Below are positions 1-13,167 of a stretch of DNA of 64,000 nucleotides, in pieces. Where the stretch lies: assembly GCA_963924565.1 (NCBI GenBank), contig OZ004608.1, positions 33,480,001 to 33,544,000 on the forward strand. The letters run 5' to 3'. The notes beneath the pieces are model-generated. The model was not told the origin of the DNA and made no database searches. It saw nothing but the letters and a program-made list of their open reading frames with translations. The stretch comes from Ascidiella aspersa. Its lineage: Eukaryota. Position 1 is the stretch's first letter, and every line of letters begins with the position of its first letter. A program made the translations under genes and the position numbers.

Positions 1-468
1 AGAAAAACCCGCATATAGATTAGAGTTTTCTTTCTTTGCTTTCGTTAACTTGCGGTATTTTAACGATACATTTTTTTATTTAACAGCACTTAATTTCCAA
101 CTCGATGTATGGGCTCGTTTGGAATTGTCTAAAAATTGATATTCAGGCTGTACTAGTGTATTGTTCTTGCAGCAACAGGCCCACGCAACTATACAATCCA
201 TTATAAATTTATTGGGCCTTTTTACACAGCAATAAATTAAGCAAATCACTATGGATCAGTTAAACTGGTGATGGCTTTCATTAAAGACCAGTGATTTTAC
301 ACCGATATTACATGGAACATTACTTAAAATAATAAATTTGTTGCGATACACCTGACGATATTACACAGAACATCAATGGTCCGCGAAACACCGGCTGAAA
401 ATCACATATGTGATGCCTAGGTCGTCCAACCTATTTTTTTTATTTCTAATGATTTTCGATCAGTTTAC

Positions 469-3400
469 CTCTTGCTCTCGAATCTTGGTCAAACCCGGCC
501 CCTCGATAAAATCATCGCCTTCCGTTTCTTGCTGAGGCAGCTTGCGTTTTGGGGCGCGCCTGTCTTCTCGCGATTCTGAAAAAGCAAAGTTGATTTAAAT
601 TTTGCCAGTTTTAAGTGGTTTAGTTTCGTTTCGAGATGCAGCAAGGTGCAGTTTCCCACTCTTATTTTGTGAACTTTTTTGCACCTGCATGAAAATAGGA
701 CCAAATAGAGTCCACTGTTTTTTGCTGCGGCGAAGCCAACTAACCACCGGTTAGGGTGTGGGTTGGGGGACAAATCACTAGGTTATTGAAAAACATTTGT
801 GGCATTTCAGAAGATTTACAAAAATTTACAAAGACGATAACGAAGTAGGTATTGAGTAAGAATTAAGAGAGCTTGAGTATGCAGTTAGAATGTGGATATA
901 TAGTTTTTTCCTAATTCCTGTAACCTCATGTTATAGTTGTGCCAATACAGTTGGTTAGTACGAATTAAGAAGGTCTACCTTACGGTTAAATATGGTTGCG
1001 TTTCACCAGTCGCCCGATGTAAGAATCGAATCAACAAACCATTTAAATCGAGGCAAAATGAAGCGTTTAAATTGTGAAGTTTAAGGTAACATATGTATGC
1101 CTCGCAATTCTATCAACGATTTTATCACAAATATCAAAGTTGACCAAGGCGTGAGAGCCGTGTGAACCAAAAGTCTTTAGACAGATTTTCCCAATTCATT
1201 TTCGCTTAGGAAAAATATACACGCAAAAACTTAATAAATGTGTCCCGCGAAACAGAACACTGTTTAAGGTGAGGAAACTTTTCGCATTACGTTGCATTGT
1301 CAACCTGATGTGTAGTGACCGAATGACGCGTGACTAAGGTGCCTTGGTGATATTGTAGAGACTTGAGTAACCCACACTATTACTGCTTAGTCACGAGTAT
1401 ACTTGCAGTGAAAGATATGTCACCAAATGGCTTGCAACGCCCAGTCCTTGCAACAGTTAGCAAGGACTTTTGAAGACCATGATAGGGAAGGCCTTATATC
1501 GGTAAGTGACAGACTCGAAACAGCCTTCGTCAATGGATGACGCTGCTTTCTGTGTGACTGGTGCGTTTGTGTAGTAATACGAAAGTGCTATTGCTAGTTG
1601 TTCGCATTTACACATAAAGTCTATTGCTCAATGCTGAACGAATCTGTTTCAATAGTTAACAAATATACGTCAAATATTTTTTTTTCGAACATTGGCTGAA
1701 AAGGGGTCATGATCATTATGTTCAGAATATACAACGCGCACGGCGTAGAAATTAACATCAGACTGAACTTCAAACCCATTCATGCTATAAGACATTTAGA
1801 CGAATTATTTTGTTAAACCGTTACCTTTGTTTTTTCTTAGTAAAAAAACACGGGGATATTAATAGTTTAAAGTTACACTTCATAACTTAGCGACCACAGA
1901 AGCCAAATTTCCGCATTCACACATGGGCTCTTGTCACCGTTGGCCCAATCCGGTTTGGTCTTTATCAAAATACCTCGGTCTGGATTTCCTAAACCCATCC
2001 CTTAAAAAAAAAACGGTTTAAAAAGTTCATGATAAATTCGTTCAGAAATAATGATTAGCTCAGTGCCAATAAGCCTAGAAACCAACGTAGGAACATACTG
2101 TGATCTAACTCTACTGAAGTAGTGCTGACCAACGATTACGACATAATTGTAATAACATAGTGTGCCTCAAAAATGCTATTGCCGTAATGAGTTCGCCTAA
2201 TCGAAGTCGTAGAGGTATAACTGAGGTCGCGGTTTCGAACCTCACGGCGGGCTGATTTTAGGCTGATTTTTTGCCTTGCCTTGCTTGCACTACAACCCTG
2301 ATTAGGCCAACTGATTTCGGTAATAGCTTTTCCCAAAGGCACCCGGTATAGCTCAGTGCTAGCAATTCAATACTATATACCTCTGAAATTTTCATTAATG
2401 TCAGTTAAAAAGAGAAGATATTTAAAAAAAAATAATTAGAAGTTGTTATGAAAAAACAAAAAACAATTTGTCATATAAAGCAATCAGTACTACTTTATCA
2501 TGAGTTATTTCTTCTTGTGGTCAGAAAATGGTCAGTTTTCCTCTTGTGGTCAGAACAATAAGATTTGAACTATACTAGGAACGGGCTTGTTTGGTTTCAC
2601 ACTAGAGCTGAAATGACGTGACGAAGTAACGTACGTCAACGATTTTAAATGTCACGAACTAAACGTTTCGGTCGAAATGACTAAGAATACCTCAGGTCAT
2701 TGGTTCGAGGACTTCAAAGAAATGACCTGACTTGACTCAAAAACGTATTTTGTTGGACCACGCCAAATGACTTTTTATCATATTTGTTGTTCTACTGCTA
2801 TTTTTAAATTTTGTTTAGCTTAACGAAAATAATACTTGAAATTGAATGTGGCTACCAAGTACCAACAATGAACTGACTTACATAAATTCAGAGTACATAC
2901 TCATTCTGGTGAAATATTAAAATACAAACAGTGAGACTAGATTTATTTCAAAAATAACTTGAACTTAACAACGTCAAATTTTTCCGCTAAATATGACGTC
3001 ACTACCTGCCCGCTAAAAAAACAAGTTTAGTTGTGGAGTAATATATATTTAACTCTTGGTATTTAATGATTTATTGCGAGATAAACACGAAATAAATTGC
3101 GTTTTGCATTTGGGGAATTCCCCTTGATGGTTCAGTCGGTTTTGTTTCAACGAACAATGGTCTTTGTTATTTAACTCTAAACGTTGACATTTATAACCCA
3201 AACTAAATAGCTTCAAGGAATATAATTCTAAAATAGTTGTTGGAAGTAATAGTTTATATGCTAGGCAGGTGTTTTCCTAAGTTACATTGTGGAAAATAGT
3301 GCTAAATAGTTGTTTGACTATAACTGTCAGAGTCCCATTTCGCACAAATCACACGAAACTTAAAGTATTTTACACGAATATTATTATAATTTAGGTTGGA

Positions 3401-6400
3401 CACCCAAAGTTTTGCTAGGGGTGATTGGAGCACCCTAAGCACCCCAAACTCGGCGGCCATCATTATAACATTTGCTGGATAAATATCAGAAAATCTGTCA
3501 ATGACAAAAAATAGTGTTGCTTTTAATTTTAACTGACCATTATCCGACTCGTCCGATTCTGCCTGGTCTTCTTTAGGTATTTTGTCGTCAGCATCTGAAA
3601 CAATGGCATCGCTTTCATCCATATTTTCGACCACAGAGTCTTCTTCGGTTTCTACTTGCTCCCCTGAATTTTCTTCCTCCTCAACTATTTCACCACTAGG
3701 CGGCGATTCATCGCTAGAGGTCGGTTCTTCGTTGTCGGGAATTTCTTCCGTTTCTAAACACCGAAGCGTTAATGCAGGGGTTCTTAAACTTCTTTTACTG
3801 CGGACCCTTGGCAAGTAATTCTCAAAAATGACGTCATAAATTGACGTCACAAAACAAATAGACTTCATAAATCTGTTGATTTCGGTCGAAAAAATGTAAA
3901 AGTGAAATGGAGTCTAACTATATTCAGTACAAAACCGTTTTATCTTAATTAAACTGCTTTCTTTTTTAATTGATTACTTGTTATTAAATATACACTCATA
4001 TTTCAAGTAGTTCACGGACCCCCGTCCATGGAATCCAGTTTAAGAACCCCTACGTTAATGGTTTGTTTCGACAACCAAGGTCACTTTATATTGTTTTAGG
4101 CCAGTTTTCAAAATGTTTGCACGAAATTTTGAACCACTACAGTCTAATCTTGTGGCTTTCGTAGCGCTCGTGTATTGCACATTAAACGTGTTAATGGTTC
4201 GCTGAGACATTTTTTCTGTTTTTTAATCAAGTAGTCGAACAGAACATGAACCAGAACTTTATGAACCGGTTTTAGGCCAATTTTTTCTCGAACCAAAACC
4301 AAACCCCAAACGTGTTTTTGTAAGATTTTAAGAAGCCGAACCTGAACCGAATCAAATATTTTGAAAGAACTTTAACTTTCATCGACAATTATTGACTCAT
4401 AGTTTTAGGTTTAACGCAACTCATATTATATTCAAACCGAAACTTTCTAAACCGGTTTTGAAAACAAATTCAATCGAACCGGAACTGAAGCGAAACTTTT
4501 CAAATTCTTCTAACCGAAACCGGAACTGAAACGGATTCCGAAAAAATCTTTGAACCCGAACCGAACCTGAACCAAAAAAGTCAAAACGGTTCGACTCACT
4601 GTTTTAACCGAGCCCTAAATTTCGATACTTTTAGTTGCATGCAAATCTCATGACATTCAACCATGAAGAAAAATGATCTATTTCACTGTTTAGCTCATTG
4701 TACAATCTATTATTTCGGCTCCGTTTAAGAACAAATCGTTTACATCGTAATTAATGTATTATAAAAAAAATGCGGATAACCGGGGTAATAGTTTTGCGTT
4801 GAAATTGTTTTCCGAATCCTATATAATAATTTGTTATGTAATTCTTGTGTTGTAGGAGGTAGAAAAAAAAATCGAGGCTCACAGAAAACTTGGCAGCGAT
4901 GTTTAAACTTTCAAAACAATATTTTACAACATCTGTTCAATAAATGAATAAATAACAACCACCGCGTACCGTATTGTACAGTTGGTTGGGAGGAAAAAAC
5001 TTCATCGTCGACAAACGAAATCCCCGTCGTTTCGGTCGCGACATGCGACACGCTTCGCGACGTCGCGTCGCTTTTGGGCGCCGAAAGCTGCAAGTCGCAA
5101 GGAATCTTGGGACAAATTCTGAAAAGATTTGAAATACGTTACAAAACTGAAGTTGAACTCATTTCCCGATACATGGATTTTCTTTCAATTAATAAATTTG
5201 TTACGTGTTCGTTTAAAAACCAAAATAATCCAAACCTGTGTTGTTTGAAATGATCAAGTGTGGAAGCCACGGTCTTAAAACATACACCCCCGGCGTCTTG
5301 TTATAATTATTTAAAAATAAACTTACACACAATAAATATTCTGTTTTTTCGCAAATGAGGTGATGTAAATCAGAACAAACACAAAATAAAGGTGGAATAT
5401 TTGAAATTTAATGATACATAATATTTGCCATAACCCCCCTCCCGACATTACAATAGTTGATCAGCGGTTACCAATCTAGGGCACAAAAGTACGACACAAG
5501 CCATATGCAAATTTCATTTCCGATGCACTGTTATAGCGAAGTTATGGCCCGCGTCGAGCACTGGTTTAAAAGAAAGTAACTCGGCCCTAACATTCAACTA
5601 AAAGTGTGACCTTTTCTACAGTAGATTTATCATTAAATTAAAGGTCATCTTATCTAATATTTTGTAAGGACTTGGTGGTATGTGGCTGGATTCAACAGAA
5701 AGAGCGTTCGCCAACGCTAGAAGCAGCCATCAGAAATGATGTCAAATAAAAGTCAAAATGGCCAATTACGCTTCATGAAACTACAGTTTCGCCTGGTTTA
5801 CCAGCGTTCAAACCTCCCCCACCCAAGAGTCTTTAATTTAATACAACTAAGTTGCTTTCGACAACTAAATGTGGACTTTTTATACCTAAAAACTTTAGGT
5901 TTGTACGTTTAGATTTCTTGAATTTGGTTTTCAATTTTGTTTTTTGCAGTAATGACGTCAATTGGTATGGCAACAGACAACAATATTTTTTTCTTAAAAT
6001 ATCGGGTATCAGGATCGGAACAACTATGACGTATCCTTCAACTTTAATTACCGAAACGTAATACATCAAATAAAAAGCTGTGGTGATCTACCACATTGTG
6101 GTCGCATTCATTTTTAGTCATTTCGATTTAACAACAAGAGTAATCCTGCAACTAAGAAATTCTCTTAATGTTGTCATGTAAACAGGCAGCAATGCGTCAA
6201 TGGGTATGAACCACCGAATAGCACTTTTTAACAAAGGAAATATAAATTCTATAATTAAAAATAGACTTGTTAATTACAGCACAAGAGGTTATCAATTACT
6301 GTATTTGGACTGCACTTTGTGGTAATGTTTAAGCTTGCAATGTTATAAATTTACAGGGTACCTGTTCATTGCGGGCACCCGCGGTCTAACAAGATTCGAA

Positions 6401-9400
6401 ACGATGGCGTTGGCTTCGACGCAAAACGAACGGACCTCGGCAGAGCGATCTCTGGCGACACCGTGCGAGAAAAAGCGCAGTGCTAGTTGCAGTGGAGCTG
6501 GGAAGTTTGGACTGGGAACCATCACTAGGGCGAGAAGCAGGTGGTAAAGCTCCTTGCGACAGTCGCTTGACCTGTGAACGGAAATAGGAGGGTTTGAAGT
6601 TTAACTGTTCCTACGAATTTTCTATTTTTATTAAAATTAAAAAAGTATTTTTTTTATGTTGAAAAATGAATAAGGAAATATTCGAAGCGTTCAAAATGCA
6701 ACCCACTTCTATATAAGTTTTGATATTCCTATACTAAGTATATTTTTTATTTTCCTAGATTTAAGTAAAACTGTTTAACTTAACGCCTGTTATCAACTTA
6801 TTTGTTATAGTGTAGGGGCTCTTTAAACTCTTTTTTTACGCTGAACCTAAATAGGTCGGCATTAAATTTTTAGAATTGACGTCATAGAGTGCGTTATTAA
6901 ATAAAAATATCTACGAAATCTGCTGTTTTTCGTCAAAAAGAGTCTAAATACATTCAAGGGAAAGGAACCAAAATTGTTTTTAATTAAACTCTTTAAAAAA
7001 AAAAACAGTTTAAAAAAATCGTCCCATGTTTCTAATTGAAAACTAAGATTTTAAGTTCATGAACCCCTAAAACTAGTCACAAGGGGTCAACGGACCTCAG
7101 TTTAAGAACCCCTGCTCTAATATTCGGAATTAAATTAATATTGAAGCTTTCATATAAAGAAATCAAGCGACAATAAAAGCAAAAAAGCTAGCCGACAAAC
7201 TGTATGTAATTTGTCGCAGACGCTGTTTAAGATTAAAGCGGGAAAAGACAACAAATAAAAACTAAAGCCGGAGATACAAAACAATATAAAACAATTTAAA
7301 ATATACGCCATTTAGAAACCTGGATTAGCAAGGGCCTCCGACATAAAGCAACAAGCTTACAAACTTTATTTTGTTATTTTTAAATTCGTATTTTTCTAAT
7401 CTGAAAACGAGGCTGCAAGATTTTCGTAACAAAGGTATACGTACATATATCGTGTTTATTCACATTTACAAAATAATGACCAAAACGCTTACTCTGTGTA
7501 AGGAATCACGGACTTTCCTTGCATCAGCTTCGCCAAAAGCAAGATGACCACTTCCTGGATTTTCTTGTGTACGTCGACCGACATCCGAGAACCGCTGTTG
7601 TAAATTTTCAAGCGCAAAACTGAAAAACGAATTCGTTAATTTTATTGCGATATTTTACGGCAAATAGAAATGGCCCTGCAGTGCGATATTACCTTATACC
7701 TTAAATAACGTCATTTAACAAAAAATATTACAATGCTATGTATCAAGGGCAAGGTTAGTAATCTATATAATTGCTGTTACGTTATAAATTATTTCGTTTT
7801 TAATTTTTAATATGATTTTAATTTTCTTAAGTAATTTAGAGAAATATCATTCCAGTTTAGTAAATGCTGCGTTTGATTCAAATTGGTGCAAAATGTCTAC
7901 AAAAAAATGGTTATTGAATCGGCAACCCTAATTTCCCAGTATTTACAGCCACCTGGTATCAGGTATTAGCACCTGCAGTATTATCGGACATTCACTGCCA
8001 AAAACATAACTCATAACCATTACACATTTGCAGAAACCTTTTAGTGAACTGACGCAGAGCTGCTGGTTTGCCGTGCTGTCGACCAGTTTTCTGAATATCA
8101 CATCTGATTGAGAAGTTGCTTTGTTCTTCTTTTTACTGTTGCCTTGTGTTTTTTGCTGTTGGATATTTTCTTTAAGCTAGAACAGAATATGCAGTTTGAA
8201 TTAGTGTTTTCGTAAAAATATTTGTATTGAAAAGACATTTTGTATATTTTTATCACCTAGTGGTAACAATTGACTTATACATCACCTTCTTTTCCTATAT
8301 GTATTGTTTGTCGGTACAAAAAATGAACATACCTGTATGCTTTCAGGTATCTCGTTGAAATCTTCGATAATATGGTTTAGCAAGCCATCTGTAAAATGTG
8401 CTTTGCCGCATAAAAATCTTCCCTTTTGACCGCAACACTGGAATAAGAAAAAAAATATTCAGTGTTGCAAAAAAACAAAACAATAAAATTACTAGTGATG
8501 ATGCAAGTGGGTACACTATGGACGGATCTGTTATGTAGCTTGATAATAAACTGCCCGTACGGGCCTGTATCGAAACGTCTTAATCAAGATAATGTCAATC
8601 TACTCGACCTTTTTGGCTTTGCAATTTATTATCAAGCTAATGATACAACTGCTTATCGAAACGTCTTTTTTAAGATGATGTCGATTTATTCTACATAGGT
8701 AGCTTTACATTTTTTTTTCGTGCATAGTGTACCTAAGTATAAATTTACCAAATGCTTCTTACCTCAACCCAGTGCAACATGGTGTCATAAATTTTCAATC
8801 GTACTTCAGTGTTTGTTTTGTTTACTCCGTGTTTGGGAAACTGGTCTCTCCACAATGACAACAGTTTGAGAAACATTTGGTTTACCAATGCCGAGTGCCT
8901 ACTTAATTGGCTGTGGTAACTGTTGAAACGCATAAAACAAAAATATCAGTGGTGGGGTTAATTTTCGTAGAAGTTCTCGTCAATTCACTACATGTGAACT
9001 CACCTTATAACAAAACGTTTCAACATATCTAAACATGAGATGTGTAGAGTATGTAGACCTTCTAAACCATTTTTAGAATCACTGCTACTCTGCAAAAATA
9101 AGCAAATGGCTGCTTAAATTTATCAATTAAATCGAAAAAGTAAGAAAGGTCCAAATTGCTTACCAATTTTTTTGTAGTGATGTCAAAGTTGGTAGTAAGA
9201 ACTTTCAGAAATTTGTCAATAGACACAGTTACCGACAGGTTGAAATTCAAAGAAAGAAGACCACAAACACATTTGCTTAATATGATAAACCTGAGAAAGA
9301 AAAAAGAAACTACATGGTAAAGCAGGTTTACACCAAACCTAATTAAAGTTGTAACGTTGATTGGTTACCTTTGAAGTAAAGTGCAGGTCAATCCAGGTTC

Positions 9401-12400
9401 TTCGACTGGTAAAGGTGGTAAATAAAGTGACAAGCTAGACAGTGACGGATCAATTTTATCTGCGAATACATGTAATTTTTTCCTCATAGACAACATTTCA
9501 ACGCAAAGAATTAAGGCAATTTCTACTAGAGTTTTTAGACTATCAAAAGTTTCTTTCATTGTCAGACATTGTTTCTAAATGAATAGTGTTTAAGTTGTCA
9601 AAAATCAAAATCAAGGCAGACATATTTCACAGCCACATGAACTCATACCCGAAAACTACAAGCAAATTCATAGTTGCCACACAGTTTTATGAAAACATTT
9701 TTAACACTTTTCAAAGAATATTGATAGCTTTTCAAAGACCTGAAACTGAATCGCTTAACTTTCTTTATGGAATTCGAAAACAAAACAGTATAAATGCCAT
9801 AGTTAACAGAATAAAACACAGATAAAAAAGGTTTTTTTAAACGTATTTATTAAACACATAACTTAAAGCTCCGGATGAAATAAATTCAAAGACTTTTGGA
9901 AAAACGTAGGGTACTTCAAAGACTTTTCAATACACAAATCAATTTAAAGACTTTTAAAAAGTCAAAGACTTTGTGGCGACCCTATATACTAATCATGCCA
10001 CTTTTAAAGCAGATTGGGAACTTACCATCTTCCAGTCCACAATGGAGGCAGGAAGTAACATAGTCCAAGTTGTGTAAGGTTTCTTCAACTTGTTGTTCCC
10101 ACTGACTGACGTGATTCTTTCTCCCAACGCCACCCCCACCAAGCATAGGAAGCCTGCTCCAACATCTGAGGATCAAAATTGTCTTTTTTTACCAGGGTTG
10201 GGTAGACACAGTAAAAAAGCATTGACTTCAGCCCGGGAGCCACCAAACACTTAACTAATGGCTGTTGCTCTGAAGCAATTAAAATATATACAATCGCTCT
10301 GGCTTCAGCTCATAGCAGTATTTTTTTAAGTTTCAGGCTAAATTAGGTTACATTGCCACAATGAACTGTTTAGCATTATTCATTTGAACAATTTAAAGTT
10401 CTTCCGAGGTGGTGATAAAATTTTCATTGCTTCAGTTACAGTTCTATAATTTTTTAAAAATGCTTTCAACTCCAATTCCACAAAAATAATATAAATGGCT
10501 TCACAAACGTAATAACAATTACTCTGATTTCCCAGCCCTGTTTTTTACTATGATTTGTGTATTTACAAAGCAGATGTAGATAACAGACTTTTAGTTTCCT
10601 GCTTAATATAGAAATTGGGTAAACTTTTCAAACAACAATTTGTATTGTAATGTTGACAATCTTACGCACAACAATTTGTTGTTTAACATTTCTAACTGAT
10701 TTCAAAAGTTAGAATTGGCTGAATACATATATCAACAAAGACTGGCCATGTTTTTCATTAAAAATGTCTAGTAAATTCCATTGTTATCTTAATAATTGAG
10801 AAACACCATATAACTATATTGATGTGCTCAATTTACATTATTACTCAATAGGCTTTATTATCAAAGTTTTAAAGAAAGTAGATAATTCAAAAATGTTTAG
10901 TAGTTACAACTTACAAACATATGTTTTTGCACAAAATAACTTTATAAACAGTCTGTAAAAGTAACGTGAGCCAGTAAGTTTCCACATATAGATGCAAAAC
11001 TATTCCTACAAACAATAAGATTACCTAAAGTAAGATTTTTGTGCAAACTATTAAAGGTAAAACATAAACAACAAAACATGATAGTCATGCAAGTTCCAAA
11101 CAAAATCCAGAAGAAAAAAACTCTTTGCTGCAGTAAACAGTTGAATCATACCTAATTGCAGCATCTTGTACAGTTGAATTTAAACTCGGAAGATGGACTG
11201 ATAAGTATTTGCAAATTTTTCCTTTAAAAGTGCCGCAACCACCAGGAAAAAAATCCATCAGTGCTTCCAAACAAGTTAAACATGGTTTTGGATCCTGAAA
11301 ATAAAAACTTTATTAGGCCCTAACCATTTATACATCATTATTTTAAAGCCTTTTATTTACAGAAGTGTCAGATGACAGCAACTGTTGAAGTAGGTTTGTG
11401 ACAAACGCTGAGTTTATCTCTCTTGAAACTGAAGGTATTTGTGATGAAAGCTTCAACAAAAGTCTGAAGTTTTGTGATGAGCAACTCCTCATATTAGTAT
11501 GGAGATGATTCTGTATATAAGGGTACCAAAAAGTTGATTAGATTACTTTTACAAATGTATAAATGCGAATGCATAGGAGGTACACAAAACTAACCCTGAG
11601 AGGCTAGATTTAGACTCCATATTGTGGAACATTATATAAATTGAAAAAATCCAAAACAATAGTTTTTTTTTATAAAATTGAAAATCCTTCCAAGACACAA
11701 TGCCTAAAACATCTGTCACTGTGGTACTGTTAATATTTAACCATTCCGGAACAGTTAGCTTGCCTATTTGGATACAATTCTCACTGAAGTACACCACAAT
11801 TATTATTCATAATCCAACCATGTGTGATTTTCATGTGGCTAAGTTTACTGGTTCTACTTGTATTGTGCATAAAGTAAGTTATTTTGTAAGTTACAAATTA
11901 AATTATTGTTTTCTATATTACCTTCACAGCAATGTTAGCTGTCATTTCGATCCAGGACAAGCCATATTTACCAAGAATGTCCTCGTCACACTGTAATAGA
12001 ACCATTTTCATGGCATAGAGACCCTTCCACCTTGATGATGCATTTCGTAGCCATTCATTAACAGTTGTTATTTGCTGTTTCTAAAATAAAAAGATGTCTA
12101 AACACTATTGGATATATTTGTGTTTTTGGTGCTCAATCCTACCACATTTTCGTCCTGGGGTTTATATTGCTAACAATATAAGGGTTAGGGTGAGAGTTAG
12201 CATTCGGGTTTGGGTGGGACAAGTATTATTATTATATTTATATGTACAGATGTATGCTTTTCTTTCAATTTCACATTTGGCAACTTGTTTCGTTACTGTT
12301 AAAATAAATGTGGTAGGATTCTAGACCAGCGCCTATAATTTTCCATTTTTATTTTTGGTTAAATTGAAAACCGTTAAACTTTCACTTTGTTTACGAGTTT

Positions 12401-12588
12401 GATGTTAGCAATTGCTTGAAACCTAAAAACGCTATATTATACGAAGTTTATAGACATAAATAATGATTCTAACTTTGTAAACTTACACTGGTCCATTCCA
12501 ACTGTTGTTGCAATTGAAAAACATTTATAAAATCGTCAATTGTTGATTGTTTCTCCATTTTTTCCACGTTAAGCATGGGCGCCGCCAT
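469..12588 (-). CDS. PELP1: PELP1/Rix1 (rixosome, pre-60S biogenesis factor); about 15 exons, 3' end probably beyond or near the left edge
   Basis: ATG at 12588 (MAAPMLNVEKME). Spliced exons read NASSRWKGLYAMKMVLLQCDEDILGKYGLSW, ALMDFFPGGCGTFKGKI, CWSRLPMLGGGGVGRKNHVSQWEQQ and SSDCRKELYHLLLALVMVPSPNFPAPLQLALRFFSHG..SAEVRSFCVEA..RPRVP. These match remembered PELP1 blocks (TRFEGLCLL, YFPRACGSLKGK, YSRLPSLG..WEQE, SRCRRELYCLLLALL..HPRVP). They are followed by an acidic E/D-rich exon (3538-3753) and exon 469-575 in consistent phase. Confidence 0.88.
1290..1640 (+). ncRNA. Candidate structured non-coding RNA of unknown family, antisense within a PELP1 intron
   Basis: Nested terminal stems, a 10-bp/10-bp pseudoknot, a multibranch domain and a C-GAAA-G tetraloop. 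Wobble pairs are G-U on the + strand (see findings). Confidence 0.45.
3775..4052. mobile_element. hAT-type MITE
   Basis: TIRs CAGGGGTTCTTAAACT / AGTTTAAGAACCCCTA with a perfect 8-bp TSD CGTTAATG. Related ends occur near 6833-7114, 15254 and 20221. Confidence 0.85.
4228..4601. repeat. MITE-like element built of GAACC/AACCG subrepeats
   Basis: Many gaaccg/aaaccg units bounded by imperfect inverted ends (agtcgaac..gttcgact). Confidence 0.5.
8509..8680. repeat. Small foldback/MITE-like dispersed repeat; related copy at about 33044-33140
   Basis: Inverted arms agcttgataataaa / tttattatcaagct. Shares gggtac.ctatg.acggatctgt.atgtagcttgataat with the 33 kb copy. Confidence 0.55.
10193..10540. mobile_element. 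hAT-type MITE
   Basis: TIRs CAGGGTTGGG / CCCAGCCCTG with an 8-bp TSD TTTTTTAC on both sides. Confidence 0.8.
12128..12333. mobile_element. GGCGCTGG-TIR MITE family copy (left TIR damaged)
   Basis: Right TIR GGTAGGATTCTAGACCAGCGCC. Interior is homologous to 25887-26091, including gggttagggtgagagttagc. Confidence 0.75.
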
Positions 12589-13167
12589 CTTGCTTTTATA
12601 GTTCTAAAACCACTACATAATCTAGGCCATATCTAAGTTCAGTGATACTGTAACCGTACGACATAAGATTTCGCTGTCATCAATTTTTATTAAAAATTCT
12701 AGGTGTAAAAATTGGTTTATTCAAATCTCAGCGTTTTATTTCTTTTATGTTATAAATAAAAACTAAAGTAAAAGGAAAATTATTTCTTTCTAAATTTTTT
12801 ATCTTTTCACTTTCCAATATTTTCCTTGCTTTCTTGATTCATCCTTTTACGCTGCGTTTTGGTTATCTAAAGGTTTCTAACTCGATGCGGTAATGGTGAA
12901 GTTGTTTTTGTTTTATTATGATTAATTTACTTGTAGCAATGGCACATCCAAATGTTCAAGAAACCAGAAGAATAGAAACTGTAACGCTGTTGTTTTAACA
13001 TACTTATCCAAGCTCTACCAAATTTGACCATCAGAGCGAAATACAGGAAATACAGAGTCTAAAAAGTTATCTTAAAATTTATACCAACGCGAAAGCAAAA
13101 AAGGGCGAAAATCTGTTATTTGCACTTATGTAAAGAAAAAAAGCCTTAAAAAATTATGATTTCTATG

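Noticed and set aside
92-148. Terminal PELP1 exon TIPNEPIHRVGN-stop
   Set aside because: In phase, but it lacks the expected acidic/hydrophobic PELP1 C-terminal motif; the true end may lie outside the window.
1355-1430. Telomerase RNA (TAACCC near a pseudoknot) or group I intron
   Set aside because: The template is too short and lies inside rather than 5' of the pseudoknot. No P/Q elements or splice context for a group I intron.
2190-2360. tRNA gene (GGTTTCGAACC B-box-like, TAGCTCAGTG A-box-like)
   Set aside because: No cloverleaf and the boxes are not correctly spaced or ordered; at most a decayed tRNA-derived SINE.
11549-11870. H/ACA snoRNA or extra exon in a PELP1 intron
   Set aside because: Hairpins and ACATTT are present but pocket-to-ACA spacing is wrong. 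The flanking exons join in phase without it.
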